From NCBI GenBank assembly GCA_964016885.1, contig OZ024740.1, positions 312,294,001-312,358,000 on the forward strand: a DNA stretch of 64,000 nt. The letters run 5' to 3'. This DNA comes from Eledone cirrhosa. Lineage: Eukaryota. Position numbers and translations under genes: made by a program. This document shows, one piece after another, positions 28,458-40,728 of the stretch. Each line of letters begins with the position of its first letter. The stretch's first letter is position 1. The notes under the pieces were generated by a model. The model was given only the letters and a program-made list of their open reading frames with translations, was not told the DNA's origin and searched no databases.

Positions 28458-28571
28458 TCCTGTAGCAAGGCTGATGATGATGATGAAGACACCGGAGGCA
28501 ATGCAGCTCAGAAACAGAAGATCTCATTCTTAGAAAACAACCTTGAACAACTAACCAAAGTTCACAAACAG
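28458..28571 (+). CDS. Khc: Kinesin-1 heavy chain exon
   Basis: cag|..|gtgaat; [38 protein letters not shown]. Confidence 0.96.
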
Positions 28572-28890
28572 GTGAATGTTGCCTATATTTGATTGCTTTG
28601 TATTTTGTCTTTTTAGTCAGTGTGTAATTTATGTTTAAATAGATATGATGAGAAAATGATTTAAACTAAGTATTTGGACAGTTTGTTAATAGTCAACTAG
28701 TATAGGTGCCTGGCTTTTTGTAAAAATTTCATGTTTAAAAAAGTATACAGGACTATTTTTTGTATAATTTGTTAGTAAAGATTAACTTAACTAGTTGGAA
28801 TATTAAATTAAAGTAGTTTTCTTTTATAGTTTGAATTATGTTGCTTTGAGAATAATACTTAATCCTAACAAACTTTAATTTATTGTTCAG

Positions 28891-29027
28891 CTTGTTCGAG
28901 ACAATGCTGATTTACGCTGTGAGTTGCCCAAGCTGGAGAAACGGTTACGTGCTACTATGGATCGAGTCAAGTCTCTAGAATCTGCTCTCAAAGATGCAAA
29001 AGAAGGCGCTATGAGGGACAGAAAAAG
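28891..29027 (+). CDS. Khc: Kinesin-1 heavy chain exon (cargo-binding coil)
   Basis: cag|..|gtaatt; [45 protein letters not shown](R). Confidence 0.97.
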
Positions 29028-29983
29028 GTAATTTATCCTTTTTTTAAATTTATATCCCCTGCTAAAGATTTTTTAAATTCTTTTTCTGATATAGCTAGAT
29101 ATTGTCAATGTAAATAATTTAGAAACAGAATTTATAATTATCACATATCAGTATAATTAACTTAAAAAAAAAAAATTGAAATTTTTAAATTCAGAATGAT
29201 ACTATAAATTTTCATTTCCCCTATTAATTGAATGTTTCCTGAATTTCAATTAAGCATGAAATAAACTTTTTTTTTGTGTGCATTGTTTATATTTTGAATG
29301 AATTTCCCCAAACAGTGCTGTTTTAACACACCATTGCCATTGTTCCTATGCATTGTACATATTTATGGTATTGCTGTTCATATGGTAGTAGCTGTAGTGA
29401 AGACTTAAGCATTTTTTTTATCTGATTAGTTTATAAAAGCACTACAATTAAAAATATTGTTACCAAAGAAAATTCCAAAAGGAAGTGAATTATTTTTTAG
29501 TAGAATTGGCTAGTAATCTATGTGATTCTTATTATAGTCTCCATTCTTAGGAGGTAATGCACACTCAATTAGTTATAAAATATTTATTTGACATTAATGA
29601 ATTATATATTCATCTAATATTTATACTTTATATTTTTTGAATAGCTTTTATGAGCCTAAAATATGACTTTAAATATTTTAGGCTCTATTCTTCTGTGAAT
29701 CATTACACACAATCTACTCTTTCTATCTCTATTCACTAAAAGATTTTGTCTTTAGTTGAATGGGCATTTTGAAAGTTGAGTAGAATATTTCAAAGGGAAA
29801 CATTTTAGAAACTGGTAAGTTTCCAGTTTCTTGAAAGATTGCTCTTGGATCAGAATAGCTTTAGTCCTAAGTTTCCTGATGAACATAACTTTATTGCAGG
29901 TATTTAATCTATTTTTCAATGTATTTGGAACCAGCAATACTATTTTGTATTTGAATTAGCACTATCACCTTTACCAACGGCAG

Positions 29984-30063
29984 GTACCAGCATGAGGTGG
30001 ATAGGATCAAAGAAGCTGTTCGCCAGAAAAACCTTGCACGCAGAGGACATGCTGCTCAAATAG
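29984..30063 (+). CDS. Khc: Kinesin-1 heavy chain exon
   Basis: cag|..|gtgagt; [26 protein letters not shown]. Confidence 0.96.
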
Positions 30064-30224
30064 GTGAGTTTAATGATTACAATTGTAAGTATGGCAAATA
30101 TTTTATAAGTTTTTCATCCTGATTCCTACTATTGAATTCCCCTTATGGTTTGGAGGATTTCAGAAATAATAAAGAATTCACTTACTTAAAAACATTGGAA
30201 ATATTTGATATAGACACAAAATAA

Positions 30225-30530
30225 TTGTTTCTACTTTAGGCACAAGGCCAGCAATTACCCAGTGCATTACTGGTACTTTATTTTATCGACCCCGTAAGGA
30301 TGAAAGGCAAAGTCAACCTCGGCGGGATTTGAACTCAGATTGTAAAGGGACGTAACTATGCTGGAAAGCATGGCATCCGACCCTCTACCGATACTGCCAA
30401 TCCACCGCCATAAAATAATAATAATGATTTATAGTTTTGGCATAAGGCCTGTAATTTTAAAGCTCTGGAGAAAGTTGATTACATTGACTCAGTATGTGAC
30501 TGGTATTTTATTTTATCAACCCCTGGAAGA
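30225..30530 (-). mobile_element. tRNA-derived SINE (plus partial second unit), antisense to Khc
   Basis: ttttatcgaccccgtaaggatgaaaggcaaagtcaacctcggcgggatttgaactcag is the reverse complement of the SINE core and head. Confidence 0.8.
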
Positions 30531-31335
30531 TGCCAGTCAATAACAAGTTCTATTGTTTATTTTAGGTCTGTGTGTATCCAGTATAGAATAGGTACCCTGA
30601 ATGTTGCAAGAGGCGACTAAAAGGGCTGGTGCCAGGAAGAGCATCCAGCTGCAAAACATTTCTTTAAAAAGAATCCTATGATCTCTGTGGAGTCTGCAAG
30701 GCCAATGCCTTATTTAGCAACTTGTGTTGCTGTAATTTATACTTTAGCTATAATTAACTCTAATAATTTAGAAATATACTTTTAAAGTACATTCAAGGTT
30801 TTAGTTGATTATATTGACCCTCATATTTATTAACCCCAGAAGAGGATGAAAGGAAAATTCAGCTGAGTGTAAAAGGACCTAACAAGCATTAAAATATTAC
30901 ATGCTATTTTCGTCTGACACACTAATTTTGTAATTTCACACACACACACACTTATATATATCATTTTATGTCTGCTTTCCATGCTAGCAAGAGTTGGACA
31001 GGTTGTCATTGCCTGAGACTAAATGAGTCAGAGAGACCTCATCTTGCTCATATCTTCTGTTTGTGTGTATATATATGTTTATTTACATATAGACGATACA
31101 CTTCTGTCTGTCAAATTCCACTTGCAATGTATTAGTCAACCCAAGATTATGGTAGAAGAAAGACACCTGCCTAAAGTACTGTATGGAGGAGTTGAATCCA
31201 GAACCACATGTTTGCTAAGTGAACTTCTTAAGCATGCTTTTATTATCTTCTATTAAATCATACACATTCTAGAGAAAAAAATTGTATATGATAAATATGC
31301 TGAACTATAATTTGATTTTCCTTTGATTATTTTAG

Positions 31336-31472
31336 CCAAACCAATCCGGCCTGGACAACACCAGTCCATTACTGCACAAACAGCAGTGATTCGCGGTGGT
31401 GGTGGAATAGCTCAAAATGGACCCATACATTCATCTACTCCAATTAGAGCGGCACAAGAAAGCAAAGCATAA
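31336..31472 (+). CDS. Khc: Kinesin-1 heavy chain last coding exon (IAK autoinhibitory tail, stop)
   Basis: tag|CC AAA CCA ATC CGG; (A)KPIRPGQHQSITAQTAVIRGGGGIAQNGPIHSSTPIRAAQESKA*; TAA at 31470-31472 is followed directly by gtaaat. Confidence 0.95.
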
Positions 31473-32398
31473 GTAAATATTTATTTAATTTAGAAATGTT
31501 GCCATTTTCGATATATAAAAAATTGCAAAAATATAAATAGTAAAATTGTAATATTTTCTCTCAGCATCTTTGGTATTTTGTGGTGATACAATACAAAATC
31601 TTCTAAGTCAAATACTTTGGTTACATTATATGTTAGTTATAGACAGGTGTTTAATTTATGAGAAAGAATCTTAACATACTAGCTTTGGATCTACATTCAA
31701 AGTTATTAACAAGGAATGTAAAATATAATTTATTGGTCTACAGGAAAATCGTATGACAATCAGGTTTTATAAAGCTCATGCTATGTGGTTTTATATGTGT
31801 GGACTTTTTTGAGATCTCATAGTTAGAGATAACTTTGTTAATAAAAATACACTTACACTTATTTTGATTGTTCTATTCAAATTCTTTGCTGAAGGGGAAG
31901 AAAAATAAAACCTTGATCAAGATAGTTTAAATGATCCAATGAAAATAGAACGTTTTGAAGTAATAATCCTGGCCATTAAAAATGAGCTAATTGAAATGAT
32001 TCTTGTTGGGTTGATATGAATCAGATTTTTATTTGGAAGTGATAGCTACTTAAGGGAAAATATTTCACACTTAACATTAGGTATAATCACAACTTAACCC
32101 TTTAGCATTTACATTACTCTATATTTACTATTGTATTTTCGCGGTAAAGGCTTTATCTCACGTAATATTGAATCTATGAGATTTTGATATTATTTGTTTT
32201 GAGAACAATACCTTAACATCAGTATGAGTGGCTAGTTAAGGCCAGTTTAATTAGAAAGAAGTGAGGGAATTAAAATCAAATTTTGTAATATAGGCAGCAT
32301 AGTAGCTATATTTTGTGAATGCATGTTGTGTCTTCATTAATTTTTTTTAAATTATTTTTCTTCATCTATTTTACTGTTGTTTTTTTTTTCTTCTACAG

Positions 32399-33797
32399 AA
32401 GTTGAAAACCACTAATGTTTTTCAAAGAAGAACAGAATATGAAACTTCCTAGTGCGTTCATTATTTCTAAAATCTTGAAGGAGTAACTGTAACTCCTACT
32501 TCTACAAGAAACATTTTTTTCTAGTGTGTGTCATGTGCCTTGCTGATACAGTGGAGTGCATGCTGGCTCTTGTCTACCACTGCACAGCACAGGCTGCCAT
32601 ATTGGAGTGATTGAGTGTGTTCTCTAGTGTCAGCCCAGCACATGTCCACATTTCCTACAACACAATACTCACTAGCTGACCTCACATGCTTATTATTATT
32701 GTTATTAGATTGTCATTTTGCTACATATTTGTCCATTGGATTTCTAATGTGATTATGGCTTATTTTATTGTCTCATCTACTGTTTACTTTGCTCTATAAA
32801 TTAGTAAGGAAAAAAGAAAGAAATGAAGGCTGAATTAAGAAAAAAAGAAAGAAATTATGGAATTGTTGGCTTGTTTCAATAGAATACTTTACTGCATAAC
32901 CTTTGGTCAACTTTGCTTTGATTTCTTGTCAAAATGTTAACCAATTCTCCTAATGGAAGCCTGATAATTCTCCCTGAAAAAAAAAGTTACATTATAAAAA
33001 CAGTTCTGATTTTTAAATTAAAATGTAACAATTTTTTCCCAATCACAAGGCAGTGCTTTATTTCAACTTTCAGTTTTATTTAAAATAGCTTTACATTCAT
33101 TGTATATAAATATATATATGAAAACAAAAATTGCCTCCCCCCTCCCAAAAAACCAGTGTTCTTTGTATATTGTAGTTCTAACTGAAGTATATAGCGAAAG
33201 AACCAGCTTGGTTTTGCAGTCTAATTTCTTATTAAACCAGCGGTAAATTTTCAATCAAGAAAACAGGTATAATTTATTTATTAAAAGCCTTTTGGGTATA
33301 TTAGCAATATTTTTCCTAGAAAGAAAGACACCTTTTTTTCTGTAGAAAAAAAATCAGATCTTTTTCTTTTGAGAAGTTAAATTTCTACTGAAATATAACT
33401 TTATTCATTAAAATAAAAAAAACATATCTTAAAGACTTGTATCGAAATGTCAGAAGAAAAATAGTTGTACTTAATAATAACTTGTACATCTCTAAATAGA
33501 ACATAATATATTTAATATGAGAACTGTTTTGGTAGGCTTCAGTTGCGAGTGTTCCAAAAGTAATCAACTTAGAATATTCAGTAAACAGTTTATATTAATT
33601 TATAAATACATTATTATAGATGTGTATAATTTAATAACATTTTGGATTACGTAATTTTATTCTTAGTCTTTCTTGAAAATATCCAGCCTCAATAATATCA
33701 CTTATTTTTTTCACATTGGATGTTTCTTAGCAGGATTAATTTCTGTCTTTATGTTGTGTTCAGTTTCAGTTTACAAAATCTACACTCAAACTGAACT

Positions 33798-33852
<55 letters not shown>

Positions 33853-34077
33853 ATGTATATATGTATATATGTATATGTATATATGTATGTATATATATAT
33901 ATATATGTATGTATATGTATGTATATGTATATATATATATATATGTATGTATATGTATATATATATATATGTATGTATATGTATATATATATATATGTAT
34001 GTATATGTATGTATGTATATGTGTATATATATATATGTATGTATATGTATGTATGTATATGTGTATATGTATGTATG

Positions 34078-34108
<31 letters not shown>

Positions 34109-37100
34109 ATGTATGTATGTATGTATGTATGTATATATATGTGTATGTATATATATGTATGTATGTATGTATATGTGTATGTATATATATGTATGTATGT
34201 ATGTATATATGTATGTGTATGTATATATATGTATGTGTATGTATGTATATGTATGTATATGTACATGCACACACACACACATATATATATATAAATAAAC
34301 ATCTTCTTCCCAGTAATGTCATCCTAAGCCATCACTGAGAAAAAGGTTTTGTTTAAATTCTGTGAATTGAATCTTCCTTTTGAATAATATCAATGGGAGA
34401 TTTTAACCACATGGCTCCATCCTTTTTAACTAACAACACTTCTTATAATTGCACTGCTGGTGGCTTGTCTCATATCAGTGTGGTTGAAACATTTTCTCCT
34501 TAGTTACAATATCTAGAGATGTGCATGCATGTCTGTACCCTAACATGCACACACAAACACACACACACACACACACGTACACATAGTGATACATTACTAT
34601 TTTGTTTACATGACTTAAGTTACACATGATCTTGGAAGTACATAATCTATTGAAGATCTTAGAAATGACTGTTGATCTTCAGTATAATCTGAATTAGTAA
34701 TTTAGTAATTTGGGGCCTTGTCTAATTAAAAAATTGGTGAATCTTTAGAGCATCAAACTTCCTTAAGCATGTTGGACAGGTTGCTGTGAATGATATTTAG
34801 GATTTGGACACACTTTTCATTGGAGCTGGATGCCATTTTATGGAGATACATAGGCAAATATTTTTTTATCTAATTTACCACACACTCCAGTATATTATAT
34901 TAGTTGTGCTGTTATAAGTAGGCAAGAGTCTTATTGAAAACATAACATCCATGCTTATATTGGAAATATTGTTTATTTGATTTTAGCTTAATTGTATGTA
35001 TGTTATGTACAAAAGAAATTTGTACATAGCAAACATAATCTTTCGATTAAGGTTTTGGCTGTTTCTCAGATATTAACCATTGTTGTTACATATATCTGAT
35101 TATCTAATAATTATATAAATGTTCAAACTTTTTCTCAGCAAATTCTGATTATATTAGATAGGATCAATTGTTACCAGTGATTAATTAAATACATTTAAAA
35201 AAATAGATATACAATGACTATATACCTGAATAAACTTTGTCTTCATGAAATGCTTCTATCTTCAAATTTCGTCTGATATTCATTGTTCAAATCCTTATAT
35301 ATACATCGCCCTTCCACTGCACTTTCTTAATAAGTCTAATTACCTCTGTTTCATATGTTTTACATGTGTGTGCGCATATATATATATTTATAAATATATA
35401 TAGAGTTAGACATGGCCTGGGCCAATACTGGCCGAAACCCATCAAAGTTATATATAAGGATGTGGCATTGACTATGTTCCATCTGAAAACTATGAATAAT
35501 TGGTAATTAAGTTCAGTGACTCATTAATCATACAGAAAGAAATTTATTGTATGAAATATTGATTTGTATATTTTTTTGTTAGATTTATTTATTTATTGTT
35601 ATGGGAAAGCATTTTTTTGTTGTTATTTTTACTAATATTAATATTTCCTTATTATACTGTATCGGAAAGGGAAATGAGATTTGGTTAATGATGTAACGAA
35701 AGTGCAGGAATTGGGGTAGGTGTACATCTCTTTAAAATATAAATTCAGATACAACCAAGGTCATTTCACTAATATTAATTATACTATAACAAGTATTTCA
35801 ATTTGTTTTACATTTTATTTCTCTTACATTGGTATGCATATGTGTGTATGAATGTGTATGCAATTACCTAAAGAAGTATTTGATGAAAATTGATTGAATC
35901 TCCAAGCCAAAATTATTGATTTGAAGATAAAATATTAACCTGCTTCGTAACATTTACTTTGTTGAGGTTTAAACTATAATTCTAAAATAATTAGTAAAAC
36001 CATTAGACTTATTAAATCTAGCACAACTGTGTTAAAAATATTAGAAACTAAAGAATGTATTTGTGAATTATTATTTATAACTTGTATTTGCATAGGATAG
36101 GTGATTAGATCAATTATTTATATTTTTACCTGAGTTCCCATCTCTTCTGCCAACTCTGATAATCTTGTAGCTTTTATATATTCTTCCAGTTTAGTTTGAA
36201 TGATATCCTTTTGAGCAGGTTGACAATATAATAAGCTGTCTGAACATGTTTGTTATTGCTTTTATGTAGCATACAACATTGTTTGTTTTGTTGTTGTTGT
36301 TTTTAAATGGCAACCAAACTATATTTATTACTACTTGTAAAGATTTAGATCAATATTTATCTCTGCTGCTTGTGCTAAACACTAATTTCCCATATTTGCT
36401 AAAATTGTCTTTCAAATTTTTTTCTATTCATTTTCTCTCTTTTTTTTTTTATAGCTATGAGAACTTATTTAACTCATCTCTATACAAACGGTTGCTTCTA
36501 CAACTTAAAATTGTTTTCATGTTAATTTTCTAAAGCCATTTTCAGAAGATTTTTGTTTGTTCAGAAAAACGTTTGTCTGTGATGTATGTTAGTATGCAAC
36601 ACTGGCTGAAAAAAGAAAAAGGAAAAAAAACAAAAAAAACAGCAACATAATAAAATAAAAAAAATATTAAAAGGAAGAAAGAAAAAGCAAAGGCAATCTT
36701 GTGTCATTTTATGCTTAACTAGTGCTCCAGAATTTCTTTTGGAATTACAATTCCCTCCAAAATAAACCTTCGTTTTTAGACTGCTCTTGTATAATAAAGT
36801 TTCTGTATTTTATTGAATGGATTTTGTTGGATATCATTGATACTTATTTTTATTTTATTGCTTTCCCCCCCTTGTTATGGACAAATTGTAAGTTTACTTT
36901 TTAGACTTACACCAGGTTAGCTTAGCTCAGTTGAATAGGCAATGTACGGTGGATTTTCTCTTTTTTTTTCAAAATCATAATTCCTATTCATAGCTGTAGC
37001 TTAAGTTATTGCTGCTTTACAATTAGTTTTCAAGATCTATTAAAGCATTCTGTTATTGAAGGTGTTCAAGTTGTTGTTTAAGATTATTAAGTCTGTTGAT

Positions 37101-37210
37101 TATTTCCTGTATGATATTTTGCCTTTGTTTTACTTTTTGCTAAAAACAAAAACCAAATGTAATAAAATCATTAAAATACTTGTATAAACTTTATATTGAA
37201 ATAAAATAAA
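32399..37210 (+). other. Probable Khc terminal 3'UTR exon (3' end uncertain)
   Basis: Long polypyrimidine tract ending ttctacag at 32398 pairs with the donor right after the stop codon. The sequence is U-rich and poor in transposons, with clustered AATAAA near 37161 and 37200. The end point is inferred. Confidence 0.55.
33803..34293. repeat. Compound (TA)n/(TATG)n/(CA)n microsatellite
   Basis: Directly visible; it generates the six spurious Y/I/C/M/V ORFs. Confidence 0.98.
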
Positions 37211-38271
37211 CAGAATCTTGAAACTGTACATAATCATTTTAGATTTATTTAACATATTTTTGATTGATACTATTGTATCTTGTTCTACATTAGTGTTGTT
37301 TAAATTAGCTTTCTGGCTTCATAACATTCAAACTTGCTTTTCACTCCACAAACAGTCTTGGAAAAAAAAAGAAAGAAATCAATCAATACTACTTTAATTT
37401 TTGTTTTTGAATTGAGGATCAAATTATTAGATTTCTTAGCTTGTTACTGAGCATATTTGTAGGAGAGGTAGCCCATGTTTGTTCCAGTTTATTTCTAATA
37501 TAATTAAGATTTATTAAAGTTTAGTAATACACACACACACACACCCTGCTATATCAAGCGTTAACCTAATATATACCTTCCATATACTGTACCGATTGTG
37601 TTGTTATTTCTATTTACCTTTTATATATATATATATATTACACACATATTGGTTACATACATTAGGTTCTTATTGATTGAATTTTTCTTAAATGTGTAAT
37701 ATATAATTATGGGCAATCTCTGATCAGTAGATATGTATCACCTGAAATTTTGTTCAAGCTGGAGATTTTTACGTTGTTTAATTTCCTTTTGTTGGGTGGG
37801 GCTTTTGATTTGAATATATAAATTAGTGAAAATCAAACTCCAGCACCTTATTATACCTGTATAGAATATAGATATATTTCTACACTTGTTTTTTTATTTA
37901 TTCTAAATTTAACTTATTTACTTTTTGATATGTTTACAAAAATGATTTGTAGTTTTGTTATTTTCGGTTCTATTTAAACTAAAACAGCCATGGCTTGTAA
38001 ACAACAAAAGGCCATATACAAATTTGTTGCGTCATAGCAATTTTTCATTTATTTATTGGTTGTATAGAATAAAATGCCAAAGCTTAGTTTGTATATCTGA
38101 TGGTAATATATAGTCTGAAATGAAATATATAAAATATTTACTTTAAACTTTTTTTCCCCAAAAATTTGAGCTGAGAGCCTGTATGTATGTATGTATGTAT
38201 GTATAAAATATGAATAAACATTTCCACCAGATCCAATTACTGAATCTAATTTTTCCAATACATTTTTTTAA

Positions 38272-38284
38272 TATATATATATAT

Positions 38285-38330
<46 letters not shown>
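38272..38330. repeat. (TA)n microsatellite
   Basis: Directly visible. Confidence 0.95.
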
Positions 38331-38332
<2 letters not shown>

Positions 38333-39189
38333 TGCCTCAAATGACAAGAAATATACAGAATTGAAAGATATTTTCATTTTGTTGCACAAAATGTTCATAA
38401 CCATAAAAGGCAACTAATAGGAATGGTGTCAGGAAGGGCATGCAACCTGTCTAGTCCCAGAATGTGACAACCTCTCTAACATATGCTAGCATGGAAAATG
38501 GACATAGAACCATGATGATGATTTGGTCACATAATGCAACATTCTGTAATTTTGATCATTTCTGTATATATAAAATCTATGTATAATATTAGATATAACT
38601 AGTTATTTCTGAAAATCAAATATTGACTCTATCAGGAATACTGCTGTGGGTAGTTGTGCTAAAGACCATCTCCCTTGAACAAAGCACCCATCAAATCATC
38701 TTTCAAGCAACTTCAAAATTTCTCCAGATCTATTGAATGTGGCATCTCTGAGAGCTGTTAGTGGTGGTAACGTCCTTTAGTAATAGAAGTCTGTTCCTGG
38801 AAGGGAATATAGGTGTGCAGTTGCTTGATGAATCTCAAGGGGTTCTTGCACATGGCTAGGTTAGCCATCCTACTACAGTGTACAACACTAACAACTCTGT
38901 ATATGCAATTGTACTAACAAAGACCTGTCCAACCCATGAAAGCATGAAAAAGCAGGCATAAAATGTGTTTGTAAAAAGAAATGTGTGTATAGTGTTAATT
39001 TCATATAAGTATAAGCTATGTAACCTTGAATGTGTTTTTGTGTATATATATGTATTGTGGGCAACTTTGAATATGTTTCTGTGCGTGTGCATATATAAAA
39101 TGCATTTATATGAATTTTTCTCTCCATAGTTATTAGGCGACCCTTATAAATAAACAAAAACTGCTGAATTGTAAAGTGTGAAGCCATTG

Positions 39190-39600
39190 ATAGCATGGAG
39201 GATGATCGAGCCAGGAGGTGGTGGGAGGCTGGAGTAAATGTTTGGAAGCATGAACCACCTACGGAGAACAGTGGAAGTACTAGGGTAGGGGATGGGACTT
39301 AAATCTAAGAGATGTTTGAAGTGAAGAGACAGTGAGAAGGAATGAAAAGTCAGAGCATGATTGATATTGTAGATGTGGTAGGGGAGGTCGATGACTAAGG
39401 AGGTTGTCCAAGTATTGTGAAATCGTTCAGTGGGGCTGTTGCAAGCAGAAATGGATGGTCAGGATTGTTGGGTTTGTGTATCTTGGGAGAGGAAGTGATG
39501 GTGGAGGTGGGGTGGGTAGACGAGTGAAGGAAATGAGTTGTTAGGAAGTGGGGTGGAGTGAGATAGATAAAGGATGGTAAAAGGGGTGCTATACCACCAC
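39190..39600 (-). mobile_element. Decayed Penelope-like RT fragment
   Basis: Minus strand PKIHKPNNPDHP..ACNSPTE..SQYLDNLL resembles the Penelope LPKIHKP..PGRPIVS motif. Confidence 0.65.
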
Positions 39601-40462
39601 AGTGCCACCTTTATCAGCAGGTTTAACCTCTTCAGTGGCGTAGATGAGATAACTAATCCTAACATGTAGGCGGTGCCCCAGCATGGCCTCAGCCGGATGG
39701 CTGAAACAGGTAAAAGAGTAAAAGAGTATTCCAGACAACTTGTCTTAACATGTTTGAACTAGTTTCCAAAAGTCATAACTTCAAAGATATAAACTCTTTT
39801 ACAACAGTTCATATCTTCAAAGCTAGATGGGGTTACTAGTTTATTGATGTGACATTTGTCAATCATTCAGATGTTTGTTTAAAAAAAGTCATTTAATTTA
39901 AAAATAAAAAAAGGCACAGCAACTGTAGCTGTGTAAAATATATGCAGCAGTCAACAGGTTAAGGACAATGTCATTGCAATGCTGTAGGCTGTGGAGAGGT
40001 TGATGCAATGAGAATATTTGCTGAAATTGAAGTGGTTCAAGGTGCAACAGCAGTTATCCACAAAGGAGTCAAGTGCACTGAACTAGTCACAACTAGATGT
40101 CTGGTGTGATGGCCTGTGAATTGTGAAGCAGTCTGTCTGGACATATGTTGAACAGACAATAACTGATGATAATGATATATATATATATCCTGCTGTGAAC
40201 TATAAAATTACATTGATCTTTGAAATATTCTTTGCTTTTATATGGTTGTATTATAAACTCATCTAAACATATCATCATTGTTTAATGTCCAATTTTCCAT
40301 GCTAGCTTGGGTTAGATGAGTTGTCCTGTTGAGAGAAATGCCAGGTCAGGTGACCATGACTTGCTCATACAGAACTGATTTTGGCTTGGTTTCTAAAGCT
40401 GGCGCCTTCCTAACGCCAACCACATTTACAGTGAGTATTAGGTGCTTTTTGTCGTGCCGCCA

Positions 40463-40493
<31 letters not shown>

Positions 40494-40498
<5 letters not shown>

Positions 40499-40728
40499 TT
40501 GTGCATAGAACAATAAAAAAAAAAAAAAAAACAGAAGTCAGGCGTAGGTAGATAGTTCATTGTTTTACGGAGTCGATTGAAAAGGGATCTTTAGACTAAA
40601 AATAGATAGTAACTTAACCACTACCATGTTAGTCAATACATCGACCCTCTGAAACGATCGTAAAACAATGAACTAACTCTCTACCTACACCTGACTTCTG
40701 GTTGTTTATTGTTCTATGCACAAACACA
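40494..40728. repeat. Fold-back inverted repeat (~70-bp arms)
   Basis: tgtgtttgtgcatagaacaataaa..cagaagtcaggcgtaggtagatagttcattgttttacg versus cgtaaaacaatgaacta..ctacctacacctgacttctg..tttattgttctatgcacaaacaca. Confidence 0.92.

Noticed and set aside
33673-34338. Six long ORFs (141-221 aa) on both strands
   Set aside because: These are translations of the TA/TATG microsatellite.
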